Virus record (IMG/VR): IMGVR_UViG_3300046778_000197
Span: 1 to 51,734 of that record
DNA from: a virus
Lineage: Duplodnaviria > Caudoviricetes
DNA length: 51,734 bases
Strand: one strand, 5' to 3'
Under the pieces are notes generated by a model. It was not told the origin of the DNA and did no database searches. It saw nothing but the letters and a program-made list of their open reading frames with translations. Positions 19,219 through 28,297 of this stretch are shown here, piece after piece. The translations under genes and the position numbers were made by a program. Each line of letters starts with the position of its first letter. Positions within the stretch are counted from its first letter, which is position 1.

Positions 19219-19604
19219 GATTTTTTCGCGTGTCAAACATCTGATCCTATGAAGGTAGTCAAAATGATAAATTTCTTTATGGATGAAGAAACTCCTTCAA
19301 GTCAGCCAAAGCGTTCCCGTTCCCAGTAAATTTATTTTCTAATGCTAAAATCCATACTTCATCTTCTGGTTCGATACATTGACTTACTAAAATTTTATGT
19401 ATCTCGTCAGTGTTTTTATCGCTGCGAAAAGCAATCGCATGGTGGTCAATCAGGTCGAAGCAGTTTTCATCCAATCCTTGAATCGCCGTTCCAAATGCCA
19501 ACTGAGTTTTTTCTTGGGCAATCGAATAAACAGCCAACCATTTTTTCATAGGAATTTAATGTGATATAAAACTATAAAGACACTCAAGACGTGAAATCAC
19601 CTAA
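19134..19604 (-). mobile_element. Integron gene cassette (471 bp)
   Basis: Starts after G|TTAGGTGATTT (19605-19594), which is the reverse complement of the AAATCACCTAAC around the R'' of its own attC (19223-19212). Contains one ORF in canonical orientation. Confidence 0.8.
19277..19549 (-). CDS. Cassette-encoded 90-aa protein, possibly Cas2/VapD-like ferredoxin fold
   Basis: Fills the cassette. The pattern MKKWLAVYSI...AIAFRSDKNTDEIHKIL...EDEVWILAL recalls small ferredoxin-fold proteins; the fold is inference. Confidence 0.6.
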   Translation of the reverse strand: MKKWLAVYSIAQEKTQLAFGTAIQGLDENCFDLIDHHAIAFRSDKNTDEIHKILVSQCIEPEDEVWILALENKFTGNGNALADLKEFLHP

Positions 19605-19691
19605 CGACCCAAGCTCAGCGACAGCCGATAAGAAATGCTCAAAATGCTAGCTGAGACGTGGACGGCTGTTCGCTGCAGCGCATGGTTAGAA
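19599..19691 (-). repeat. Integron attC site (upstream/recipient site)
   Basis: Minus strand: TTCTAAC CATGC GCTGCAGCGAACAGCCG ... CGGCTGTCGCTGAGCTTGGGTC GTTAGGT. Outer arms match the other attC; the central part differs. Confidence 0.85.
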
Positions 19692-19751
19692 AAGCAAAAA
19701 ATCCCTATTAAATTAATAATAAGCATTTAAAAGTTAAAATGTAAGATTATT

Positions 19752-20135
19752 TTAGGATAGTTTATCTATAGCGTCTATCCACTGTTCAAGAGTATGCTTC
19801 TCAACGTATACATAAGCTAAAACATCAGCGAGTTTGCCTAACCAATCCGAATCCTGTTTATCTATCCCAAATTTTCTATCTATCATGGACGGATGGATAA
19901 TGCCAGAATTGATTCTTCCATAATAAACATTTCCATTATTTGTTAACGTCATGTAAAGTCTATCATTTTTAAAATCTCCATAAACATTACAGATATTTAA
20001 TTTGTCATCGGAATAACTATCGACCACATATGGATAAAACTCCCCAGAATTAATTAACGATTCTAATTCTAACTTAAGATGCTCGCCGATTACTAAATTA
20101 TGATTATCTATAAAATCTTTGGCTTTTAATTTCAT
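19752..20135 (-). CDS. Hypothetical protein (127 aa)
   Basis: Intact ORF with ATGA overlap to the upstream gene. Confidence 0.6.
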   Translation of the reverse strand: MKLKAKDFIDNHNLVIGEHLKLELESLINSGEFYPYVVDSYSDDKLNICNVYGDFKNDRLYMTLTNNGNVYYGRINSGIIHPSMIDRKFGIDKQDSDWLGKLADVLAYVYVEKHTLEQWIDAIDKLS

Positions 20136-20884
20136 TCGGGTGTCTTTTGTTTAATTCTGCTAATATAATTAAATATAATATCTTTGGGCAAATCATTTAA
20201 GCTTTTCATATTCTCTGCTCCGGGAATATTATCTGGAATCAATCGCGCCTTTTTAAATTGATCAAAAGACATATGTTTTTTATTTAAAAGATTTTGAAGA
20301 ATTTCGACTTGTGGGTTTGGGGCGGAAGTTAAAAAGTCAGAATCATTTTCAGATACACCGGCCAAAATTTCCTCTTTGGACACGATAGATATCCCCAAGC
20401 AATTTCTTACGCACCTGACAAATGATCTATTAGTCGCCATTTCGAGCAAGTATTTTTGACCAAAATTATTGGTATTATTTAAATTCGCGCAGGCATTATC
20501 TTCAAATGGAACTGGCTCTCCTAATGATTGATAATTGCCGCGAAAAACAATACGACAATTAACGGCTGCATAGTTCTCATTAGCTTCTTTTATCGTATAT
20601 TTAATATCTAATGGCATTCTTAGATGAAACAAATATTTGGCCGCCGCAAGAGTTTGAACTAAGTCAATGTCTTCAACGTTATCTTTTATTGGGTCAATTT
20701 GGTCGTATGGTTTTCCATATTTCTTTTCTAATCGCGACCTATTTTTTAAATCATTATTAACATAAAGAAATTTGGCCGGAATCATCTTTCTCCAATCTAT
20801 GCCGCCATGCTCGTTGAAGAAATATTCAACGTTTTTGTGGAGTCCGTTTTCATCTAACTCAATTTTTTTTAATTTATTTTCCAT
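20132..20884 (-). CDS. Rad52/Sak-like single-strand annealing protein (putative)
   Basis: AAVNCRIVF...ACAN...LEMATNRSFVRCVRNCLGISIVSKEE resembles the Rad52-superfamily core. Confidence 0.55.
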   Translation of the reverse strand: MENKLKKIELDENGLHKNVEYFFNEHGGIDWRKMIPAKFLYVNNDLKNRSRLEKKYGKPYDQIDPIKDNVEDIDLVQTLAAAKYLFHLRMPLDIKYTIKEANENYAAVNCRIVFRGNYQSLGEPVPFEDNACANLNNTNNFGQKYLLEMATNRSFVRCVRNCLGISIVSKEEILAGVSENDSDFLTSAPNPQVEILQNLLNKKHMSFDQFKKARLIPDNIPGAENMKSLNDLPKDIIFNYISRIKQKTPE

Positions 20885-20885
20885 A

Positions 20886-21050
20886 TTAAACTTTCACATT
20901 TTTCAACCAATCAAAAATAGTGGCAAGATTTCTTTTGTATGCCATTTGAGGGGTTTCCTTGATAAACATATAATCCAAAAGAATAGTGAGCGTTTGACCG
21001 TTAACTTTCGCGATAGCTTCACTCTCTTGAATGTCTATTTCAATTTTCAT
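20886..21050 (-). CDS. Small hypothetical protein (54 aa, absent from the ORF track)
   Basis: MKIEIDIQES...WLKNVKV; has its own TTGACT-16-TATACT promoter at 21084-21057. Confidence 0.55.
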   Translation of the reverse strand: MKIEIDIQESEAIAKVNGQTLTILLDYMFIKETPQMAYKRNLATIFDWLKNVKV

Positions 21051-21080
21051 ATTAAAAGTATATATGAGATACTAAGAAAG

Positions 21081-22265
21081 TCAATTGTTTTCTATTAGAT
21101 AACTAAAGTCTTTATCTTTCCATAGGATATCAATATTTTCTTCAGTTAAATCTTGAAACTTATTTTCAAAATTATCTAAAGGCTGATTATTAATATAAGA
21201 ATATTCGCTTTGATAAATCTTTTCGCGACCAAGAAAGAATTGATTAGTTTTATATTGGAATTTAGAAATGTCTTTTAATTCAAAATCTTTGGGCGGTAAT
21301 ATATCCTTTTTAAGGATAATGTGGAAATCAATATAGTCTAATTTAAATCTATTAAGTTCTTCATCCGGCAATTCTGAAATTAATTTATATGGAATTCTTA
21401 AATCGTGCAAATATCTAACAAATTCGGGGTTATTGTTCTTGTCGATAAAATATATAACTTCTAATATTCCATCCCGAAATTGTTGAAGTAAATTAGGATT
21501 TATTGGTTGGCGAGTCAAAATGGAACATGGACAAACCTGTAATTGTTTTGCTAGATTTTGTTCATTAAATTCTATGTCCATTCTAACTACTAAGGATTGT
21601 ATGCCTAAATTTGAAACGTTTACAACCTGAGTTGGAATTGATTGAACCATTCTATTATTAAATAAATTTCCAATATAATAAGTTGTATAATTAATATTAT
21701 TGGGGATATTAAGTAATTTTAACACTGACTTTGCTACTAACTCAGGATTTATTAAATCTACTGTTTTAGGATTTTCCTGAGCGGAAAAGGTAGCTTTATT
21801 ACCATTTCTATGAGATTCCAATAGAATAGTTTTATCTTTATTATAAAAATAGGGAGAATGATTAGCTACTGTTGTTGACCCATACAGACTTACTAATGGA
21901 ACATCCTCTGCACCAGCATAATGAGATCCCCAAGAGTCAACCGAAAAATGACACAAGCTTCTTTTGATTAAATAACACGCCTGATGAATAGATGTTTGAT
22001 TAATTAAATGAATGGTATTTTTAATCGCCGGAATATTTTCGCCCAATCCTAAATGCAAAATTTTAATACCTTCTTTTTCTAGAAAAGGGGTGAGTATAGT
22101 TACCACCTCTTCAAAATGACCGTAATCTTTGGCAACCATGCCCGATCTAGTTTGCAGGGTAATATATTTACTAACCGCGCCCAATGGATAGAATTTTTCT
22201 GTGATTTTAGGCTTATGTTTGATGTCTACTGAGGAATTTCGGCTGTATGTTTCTAAAAGTTTCAT
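21081..22265 (-). CDS. Glycosyltransferase family 9-like protein
   Basis: KDYGHFEEVV...TSIHQACYLIKRSLCHFSVDSWGSHYAGAEDVPLVSLYG GT9 motif. Confidence 0.75.
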   Translation of the reverse strand: MKLLETYSRNSSVDIKHKPKITEKFYPLGAVSKYITLQTRSGMVAKDYGHFEEVVTILTPFLEKEGIKILHLGLGENIPAIKNTIHLINQTSIHQACYLIKRSLCHFSVDSWGSHYAGAEDVPLVSLYGSTTVANHSPYFYNKDKTILLESHRNGNKATFSAQENPKTVDLINPELVAKSVLKLLNIPNNINYTTYYIGNLFNNRMVQSIPTQVVNVSNLGIQSLVVRMDIEFNEQNLAKQLQVCPCSILTRQPINPNLLQQFRDGILEVIYFIDKNNNPEFVRYLHDLRIPYKLISELPDEELNRFKLDYIDFHIILKKDILPPKDFELKDISKFQYKTNQFFLGREKIYQSEYSYINNQPLDNFENKFQDLTEENIDILWKDKDFSYLIENN

Positions 22266-22483
22266 AATTGTACTTTGTAATTGAGTATAGAACCTTCGTC
22301 TTTATGCTTGTAATCAAAATCATCAGGATTTAATATAGCCCATCCCTGTCTCGGTACGTATATTTTAATTCCCAATTCTTTGCATCCCAAGAAGAGGCTA
22401 TCAACCATTTCCTTTATTTTTAATTTGTCTGTTTCTACGTGTGGAGGACTTTTTAATATTACTTTATTAATCATATTTTGCAC
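22262..22483 (-). CDS. Hypothetical protein (about 70 aa)
   Basis: Short ORF overlapping both neighbours. Confidence 0.45.
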   Translation of the reverse strand: MQNMINKVILKSPPHVETDKLKIKEMVDSLFLGCKELGIKIYVPRQGWAILNPDDFDYKHKDEGSILNYKVQL

Positions 22484-24372
22484 TTAAATAATTTAATGAA
22501 CGTTGGGATGTTAACCCTACATTATGAAAATAATTAAATAATCCTTTTTGATTCGCGAATCCAGTTACCAACATTTCATTTTCTAATTCTGCCGACCAAG
22601 GAATACATTTGTGTACATTTTCATTTAAATCAAAAACTTCAAAAAACTTTGGATCGGTCGCAATATAAATTGATGCCAATGGATATTTTTTCTTAATTTC
22701 CGGTAATAAGCTGGTTAGAATAATACAATCCCCCAAACTCTCTTTAAGGATCAATAGACATCGTTCTTTATCATTTTTATCTAATATATCTTCTAATAAT
22801 AATTTGGGGGCGTTTTTGTTATTATGTTGAATACCAGCCTCGCGCATGGAGTTAATCATCGAATTTCTTAATTGATTCTGGTCGCCGGGTTGAGACAGGA
22901 AATTTAGCCAATATTTGCGGCCATCATCTTCTTTTGAAGGACTCATTCCTAGTATTTTAGAATAACATTCAGTAATGAATTCATCATTATTATCTTTATG
23001 TTCTATTTGGGCATTAATATTTTTAATTTCAGAACGTTTTTTATGATATTCATCCCAGTCGATAGGTTTGCAAGAATCTAGGAATTCTTCGTATTTCTTA
23101 ACTACGTTCTTTGCATCAAATTGTTCAATGGCCCATTTACGTCCGCGTTCGGTAATATCTTTCCTTTTGTTTTCTGGTAAATCATATATATATTCAAAAA
23201 ACTTGACAATAGAATTAATATCCGGGACGAATTTCTTAAAACTTGTTCCGGCCTCTCTAGTAAAAGTCCCGTTTACTGAATGAACAAATTCCTCATTCGT
23301 AAATTCACTCGTTCCTGAATACGGGACTGTAGAAAGTGGTAATCCCGCCAATAAAGATTCGACATTTGTATATTCTAATCCTGCCGAGTTGCTATAAGAA
23401 ACCGAAGCATCGGCAATGTTATATATTTTATTCAGATCTTTCTCATTGATAGTCGAGCTTACCCCGGCGGTAATCCTACTTTTCTGGGTTTTACAATATG
23501 AGCAATCTAAACCCTCACCTTCAAATTGTTGTATATTCCACTCGTTACATTTTTGACAAAAATAAGTACATAAGATATCTTCTTTGCTCAAACCGTTTTC
23601 ATCTCTTAGCCTATCAATAGGCCATCCACCGGGTTCACTGAAATGACAATGATATAATAATTTAATTTTTTTATTTGGATGATATTTTTTAAATTTTGCT
23701 AAAGCTTCAATATTCGCCCAAAAACCGACTTTCCGGGTTTGATTTCTTCCGAGATAGATTAGAATTTTCTCGTCATCTTTAATATTAAATCTATGTCGCA
23801 GTTGTAGTCGTTCTTGTTTATTGATAGGGAAAAAGTCTTCACTTTTAATTGCTCCGTGCAATGTTTTACAGTGTTTGTAAGTTTCATAATCTTCTTCCTT
23901 CAATGCTTTCTCTGCAAAGCTTGTCCAAAACCACATATTAGGACAATTTTTTGCCCAGTCTTTGAAATCTGGAAGAACCGGAAGGCTATCACATGTGGAA
24001 TGCTGGATAAAATTTTGTTTAACATGTTTGTACCAGTCCGATTGAGAATAATTCTGAAAGTATGACAATATCGAGTTCATTTTTTACAACGAATTCTTCG
24101 ACCGCTGTATTTCCATAACTTACAAATCTTCTATAAGAATCATCTTGATTAAATCTGTTTTGGTCAAAATTCTTAAAAACGCCAAAACATTGAAATGGTA
24201 ACTTCTGAAATTCTGGAGAATTATCTTGCATTCCTTGACAAAGCATAAATAATTCATATTTATTATTTTTAAATAAAAGCGGTAAATAAGCCCCTGTATT
24301 CCGGGCTAGGCCAGTTTTTATGATGGGCGGATTCGAAATTATTCCAATGCGTAGACGCCTTGCTTTATTCAT
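22467..24372 (-). pseudogene. GT-B (GT4-like) glycosyltransferase with GT9-like C-terminal domain, broken by a frameshift near 24045-24080
   Basis: ORF 24019-24372 (IISNPPIIKTGLARN...ELDIVIL) and ORF 22467-24080 (TCDSLP...YLGRNQTRK...AGLEYTNVESLLAGLP...ESLGDCII) are consecutive parts of one GT in different frames. Confidence 0.7.
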
Positions 24373-24436
24373 TATATTTATAATATAAGTATTTTGTCAA
24401 TTATTAAATAAAAATATATAAATTATCAATTATTTC

Positions 24437-24549
24437 GTGTAATATATATTGAAGAACGTAGTTATGACAAGAAATTTTATTATTCTCTATGAACCCCTTG
24501 GAAGGGCAATTCTGTTTTATAACAGCGTTCTTCAGCATAGGGAATAATT
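24437..24549 (+). ncRNA. Structured leader element copy A (GTGTAATATA promoter plus crossed long stems covering the RBS)
   Basis: 24451-24473 pairs with 24510-24533; 24479-24491 pairs with 24536-24548; internal CCCTTGGAAGGG hairpin. Confidence 0.65.
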
Positions 24550-25938
24550 ATGATATTAAATAAACAAATATTCGATCAGTGTGTTTCTATATATGAAACT
24601 GAACGAATTTCAATAGAAGCCGTAGCTAAAAAACTTTCAATAAAATTTAACGATATATTTTTATCGGCAAGATATTATAAATATCAATTAAGAAAATCTG
24701 GAGAAATTAATAGAGTGACAGACAAAATTACTGAGAGTGAAATAGTTCACGAATATTCAAATGGAATGTCTATAAATAAATTATCTAAATTATTTAATAT
24801 AAGTAATGATACCGTCAATAGAGTATTAAGGGAGAATAATATCGACATGAAACCATTGGGGTTTTTTAATAAAACGGCTATTTTTAATGAAGTAGAACTA
24901 ATTTCTTTGTATAGGAAAGGGCTTAATAATCAAAAGATTGCCAAACTTTTAAATATCTCTGCAAATACGGTAAGATTATTTTTGAAGAAAAATGGATTGA
25001 ATTCTAATTTTCCCAAAATTAATTCTCATAATAGAAAACATAAGAATGCCTTAGAAGATAGAATAATCGAATTATACAGCGAAAATAAAAGTTACTCCCA
25101 AATAGCCAAGATTCTTAATACGAATCATTGTTTAGTGTCAAGGATTATAAGAAAAAATAATTTTATATATAAGAGTCGAGGTAACCGTAGATATGCCTTA
25201 GATGAGAATTATTTTGATCAAATTGATAGCCCGGATAAAGCGTTCATTTTAGGAACAATACTAACCGATGGGTGTAATTCTATAAATTGTGGAAGAAGAG
25301 TCATATGTATAGAATTAAAATCTGATGATAAACCTTTGTTGGAATATATAAATACATGTTTTGGAAGTAATCGTCCCTTATATTATAGGAAGTCTAAAGA
25401 TACCTTTCGATTAAATATTAATAGTAGGATAATTTCTGATGACTTATTGAAATTCGGTTGCACCTGCCCTAAAAGCTTGACGTTGGAATATCCATATTTA
25501 CTAGATGATAAATACTTTGAATATTTTCTGTCCGGGTGTATCTTTGGAGATGGCTGGGTATATAATGAAAATAATTTTTCTGTCGGCCTATCTGGGACTA
25601 AAGATTTACTAGAAAAGATTATGAATAAAATTACAATGAAAACTGGGTTAAAAAACTCAATAACTCCAGAATCTAATTGTAAAACTTTGTTTCGAATTAC
25701 TTTTGGTGGTGATAGTGCAGTTAAAATCTGCAATTTTATTTTTAAAAACGCACCATTCATTATGAAACGAAAATACCTGCCATTTAAAGAATATGTTATG
25801 TCAAAATATAATAATATAGAAGAATTAAGTTTTAACAAACATAGAGATACAATTTTAGAGGCTATAGATATTATTCGCTCAATCGAATCCAATCCTAAAT
25901 TTGCTAATTTATTAGAAATGTCTAATATTAATTCTTGA
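24550..25938 (+). CDS. LAGLIDADG homing endonuclease with multiple N-terminal HTH repeats
   Basis: DENYFDQIDSPDKAFILGTILTDGC and FLSGCIFGDGWV motifs; repeated 'Y..G.S...IAK.LNIS..TV...L' HTHs. Confidence 0.85.
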   Translation: MILNKQIFDQCVSIYETERISIEAVAKKLSIKFNDIFLSARYYKYQLRKSGEINRVTDKITESEIVHEYSNGMSINKLSKLFNISNDTVNRVLRENNIDMKPLGFFNKTAIFNEVELISLYRKGLNNQKIAKLLNISANTVRLFLKKNGLNSNFPKINSHNRKHKNALEDRIIELYSENKSYSQIAKILNTNHCLVSRIIRKNNFIYKSRGNRRYALDENYFDQIDSPDKAFILGTILTDGCNSINCGRRVICIELKSDDKPLLEYINTCFGSNRPLYYRKSKDTFRLNINSRIISDDLLKFGCTCPKSLTLEYPYLLDDKYFEYFLSGCIFGDGWVYNENNFSVGLSGTKDLLEKIMNKITMKTGLKNSITPESNCKTLFRITFGGDSAVKICNFIFKNAPFIMKRKYLPFKEYVMSKYNNIEELSFNKHRDTILEAIDIIRSIESNPKFANLLEMSNINS

Positions 25939-25963
25939 CTTTTTCCCTTAATAACGTTAAAAT
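25935..25963 (+). promoter_or_regulatory. Sigma70-type promoter TTGACT-17-TAAAAT
   Basis: Read directly upstream of the ATG at 25985. Confidence 0.7.
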
Positions 25964-25984
25964 ATTACAGTACAAAAATAAAAT

Positions 25985-26440
25985 ATGACAATACTAGAAG
26001 CTCAAATAAAACTATTATCATGGTTCGCTGAAAACGATACCTTTAATATTGATGAAGACTTAAGTAAAGTTAAGGATAATCCAAAAAATAATCAAGAAAA
26101 AACTGAGGCCGCATTCGGTTGCGCTTTAGATATTTTAGATAAACAAGGATTAATTAAGAAATATGAAAAGGAAATTAATAAGAAAAAATCTTCTACTTGG
26201 GTATTAGAGTCTTCTTTGCAATCATTAACTCAAGAAATCCCTTGCTCAATGAATGTAGCTATTAATATTTCTAATGTTATTAATCAGTCATTAGGATTAA
26301 TCGATGGTAATAATGAAAATAAATCTGACCCCGGAAATCTTGGGGAGGCTGACCTAATTGGTTTATTGACTATTATCGAATTAATGGCCAATAGATTAAA
26401 AGAATTAGAGGGCGGCGAAGAAGGAGGTAAAGATGAGTAA
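25985..26440 (+). CDS. Hypothetical protein (151 aa)
   Basis: Intact ORF after the promoter, overlapping the next gene. Confidence 0.65.
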   Translation: MTILEAQIKLLSWFAENDTFNIDEDLSKVKDNPKNNQEKTEAAFGCALDILDKQGLIKKYEKEINKKKSSTWVLESSLQSLTQEIPCSMNVAINISNVINQSLGLIDGNNENKSDPGNLGEADLIGLLTIIELMANRLKELEGGEEGGKDE

Positions 26441-27053
26441 AGAATTTGATTCTATATTTTTAACTTCGGTCGCGACAGCGGGCAAGGATACTTTATTACT
26501 TATTTTAAAGGATATTTTAGCCGAACATGTTGAGGTCGAAAGAATTTCGTTCGCAGACAATCTTAAAATTTCAGTAAATGAGTTTACTAGAAAAATGTTT
26601 GATATTTCAGCCTTTACTAGAAACGCCAAAGATAAAGAAATGATAAGAGGTATCTTTGTTGAGACCGGCCTTATTAAAAGAATCCAATCTAGAGGAACTT
26701 ATTGGTGGAAGCTTATTCAGCCATTAGTTCAAAAATCTATAGATGAGGGATGTCTTCCAATTGTTTCTGACCTTCGTTACTGCAAGTATGCCGAAGATGA
26801 ACATTTCTTTGCTAAAAATGTCTGTAAGGGTATTATTGTTCATATTACTCGTTTTGATGAATTCGGAAATAAGGTTATTCCCCCAAACGCTCAAGAAATG
26901 GAGAATGACCCAAAATTAGAAGAAATGGCCGACTATAAATTACAATGGCCGACTTCCGATAATAAAGAAGTGTTAAGAAATTTAGTAGAAACTCAACTTA
27001 AAGAATTAATTGATTTAATATGCCAAAAATTCCCAAAAAAGTTACAGAATTAA
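26433..27053 (+). CDS. Deoxynucleoside monophosphate kinase-like protein
   Basis: SVATAGKDT P-loop, RISFADNLK, IVSDLRY; GGAGG RBS. Confidence 0.75.
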   Translation: MSKEFDSIFLTSVATAGKDTLLLILKDILAEHVEVERISFADNLKISVNEFTRKMFDISAFTRNAKDKEMIRGIFVETGLIKRIQSRGTYWWKLIQPLVQKSIDEGCLPIVSDLRYCKYAEDEHFFAKNVCKGIIVHITRFDEFGNKVIPPNAQEMENDPKLEEMADYKLQWPTSDNKEVLRNLVETQLKELIDLICQKFPKKLQN

Positions 27054-27619
27054 GTGACCCGGCCCTGTTGAAATTGGTTCGAAATAATAATTCATCAGAC
27101 GCTTTTCAAGAATTGATGAATCGTCACGAGAAATTATTCTTTGATGTATGCTCTAAATATTCTAAAAAATCTCCTTTAATTAAATATGAAGAAATTATTA
27201 AGGAAAAATATTTTGTTATGGGCGAGGTTATTAAAACTTATAAACAAGGCCGTAAAACCAAATTCTCCACTTGGGTCGGCCATTTTACTAGATTCTTCTG
27301 CCTCAAGAGAATCACTTATTTGGCTAAGAATCACTTAGAAACAGGATTGGAATCAAAAGATTTGGACGTTATTAATCTTAATTTAAATAAATTTGATGAA
27401 TCTACTTATGATGACACTAAGGAACATATCAATAAAATCCTATCTACAATTCCAGATAAAAGAATAAAAAAGATATTCAACTTTAGATATTTTAACGGAC
27501 AAAATGAAACATGGACAGAGATTGCTAAGAAATTAAATATTTCAGCTATGCATACTATCAACCTCCATAATAAAGGTTGTCAATTGCTCAAGAGAGAGTT
27601 TAAGTTATTGAATAATTAA
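27020..27619 (+). CDS. Second phage sigma70-family sigma factor
   Basis: DAFQELMNRH, KTKFSTW (region 2); FRYF..NETWTEIAKKLNIS (region 4 HTH). Confidence 0.8.
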   Translation: MPKIPKKVTELSDPALLKLVRNNNSSDAFQELMNRHEKLFFDVCSKYSKKSPLIKYEEIIKEKYFVMGEVIKTYKQGRKTKFSTWVGHFTRFFCLKRITYLAKNHLETGLESKDLDVINLNLNKFDESTYDDTKEHINKILSTIPDKRIKKIFNFRYFNGQNETWTEIAKKLNISAMHTINLHNKGCQLLKREFKLLNN

Positions 27620-27632
27620 TAGTAAGCACGCT

Positions 27633-27662
27633 AAAAAACCCAAGATTTTATAGTCTTGGGTT
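27633..27662. terminator. Intrinsic terminator between convergent genes
   Basis: AACCCAAGA...TCTTGGGTT stem with an A-run on the left (U-tract for the minus strand). Confidence 0.7.
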
Positions 27663-27684
27663 GATTTTGTTTGTATGTTAGATA

Positions 27685-28296
27685 TTAGAAGTCATCTTCG
27701 TCAGATGACACTGGGAGCTCTTGTTTGGGAGAGATAATTTCTTTAGTAGCTTTCTTCTCTGTCCCTCTAGCAATATTTTCAGAATACCAAGCATTAGAAA
27801 TATGAGATAACCCATTAATCAAGTAATTCTTAAGCAATTCCGTTTCCGCCCAAGTGAAACCGATAGCAATAGAGTCTTTATCTGTCTCGTCTTGCTTATT
27901 AGTCTTAGTGGCGCGAAGTAGGAATCCAGCTTGTTGATTAGTCTTTACCCACTCATTCCCCTTCTTTTCGCTCTTGAAATGAGGTTCGAAAGAAATATTG
28001 GTTGAGAATTTATCTCCATCATGATATACATACTTCGTATTCATGGTTTCGGCTAGGGACATATTCTTATTAATGGCCGCGATAATCCCGGCCACTTCAT
28101 GTGGGGCAAATTTAACGATTACTTTTTTGCCGTCCTTAAAAGTGCCATTCCCAGACTTTTCGTCCCAGCCTACCTGGTGTATCATCTGAAAATAAAACGA
28201 TTTATCGCCCTTCTGACCATCCTTATCGGTTTTGGCGGAGAAGTTAATTGAAATGGCGGAGCCTTTTATGTTTCGGTTAGGTTTATATAATTGCAT
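27685..28296 (-). CDS. Putative ssDNA-binding protein (PC4/Whirly-like)
   Basis: Beta-rich protein with acidic C-terminal tail SSDEDDF, in the replication module. Confidence 0.5.
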   Translation of the reverse strand: MQLYKPNRNIKGSAISINFSAKTDKDGQKGDKSFYFQMIHQVGWDEKSGNGTFKDGKKVIVKFAPHEVAGIIAAINKNMSLAETMNTKYVYHDGDKFSTNISFEPHFKSEKKGNEWVKTNQQAGFLLRATKTNKQDETDKDSIAIGFTWAETELLKNYLINGLSHISNAWYSENIARGTEKKATKEIISPKQELPVSSDEDDF

Positions 28297-28297
28297 A

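Noticed and set aside
19128-19691. CRISPR array or IS/MITE ends
   Set aside because: Only two units about 470 bp apart, with attC box structure and core-site complementarity; no spacer periodicity, transposase or target duplication.
24437-24549. Hammerhead ribozyme or known riboswitch identity for the repeated element
   Set aside because: No CUGAUGA/GAAA core or recognisable aptamer consensus by eye; left unassigned pending an Rfam search.
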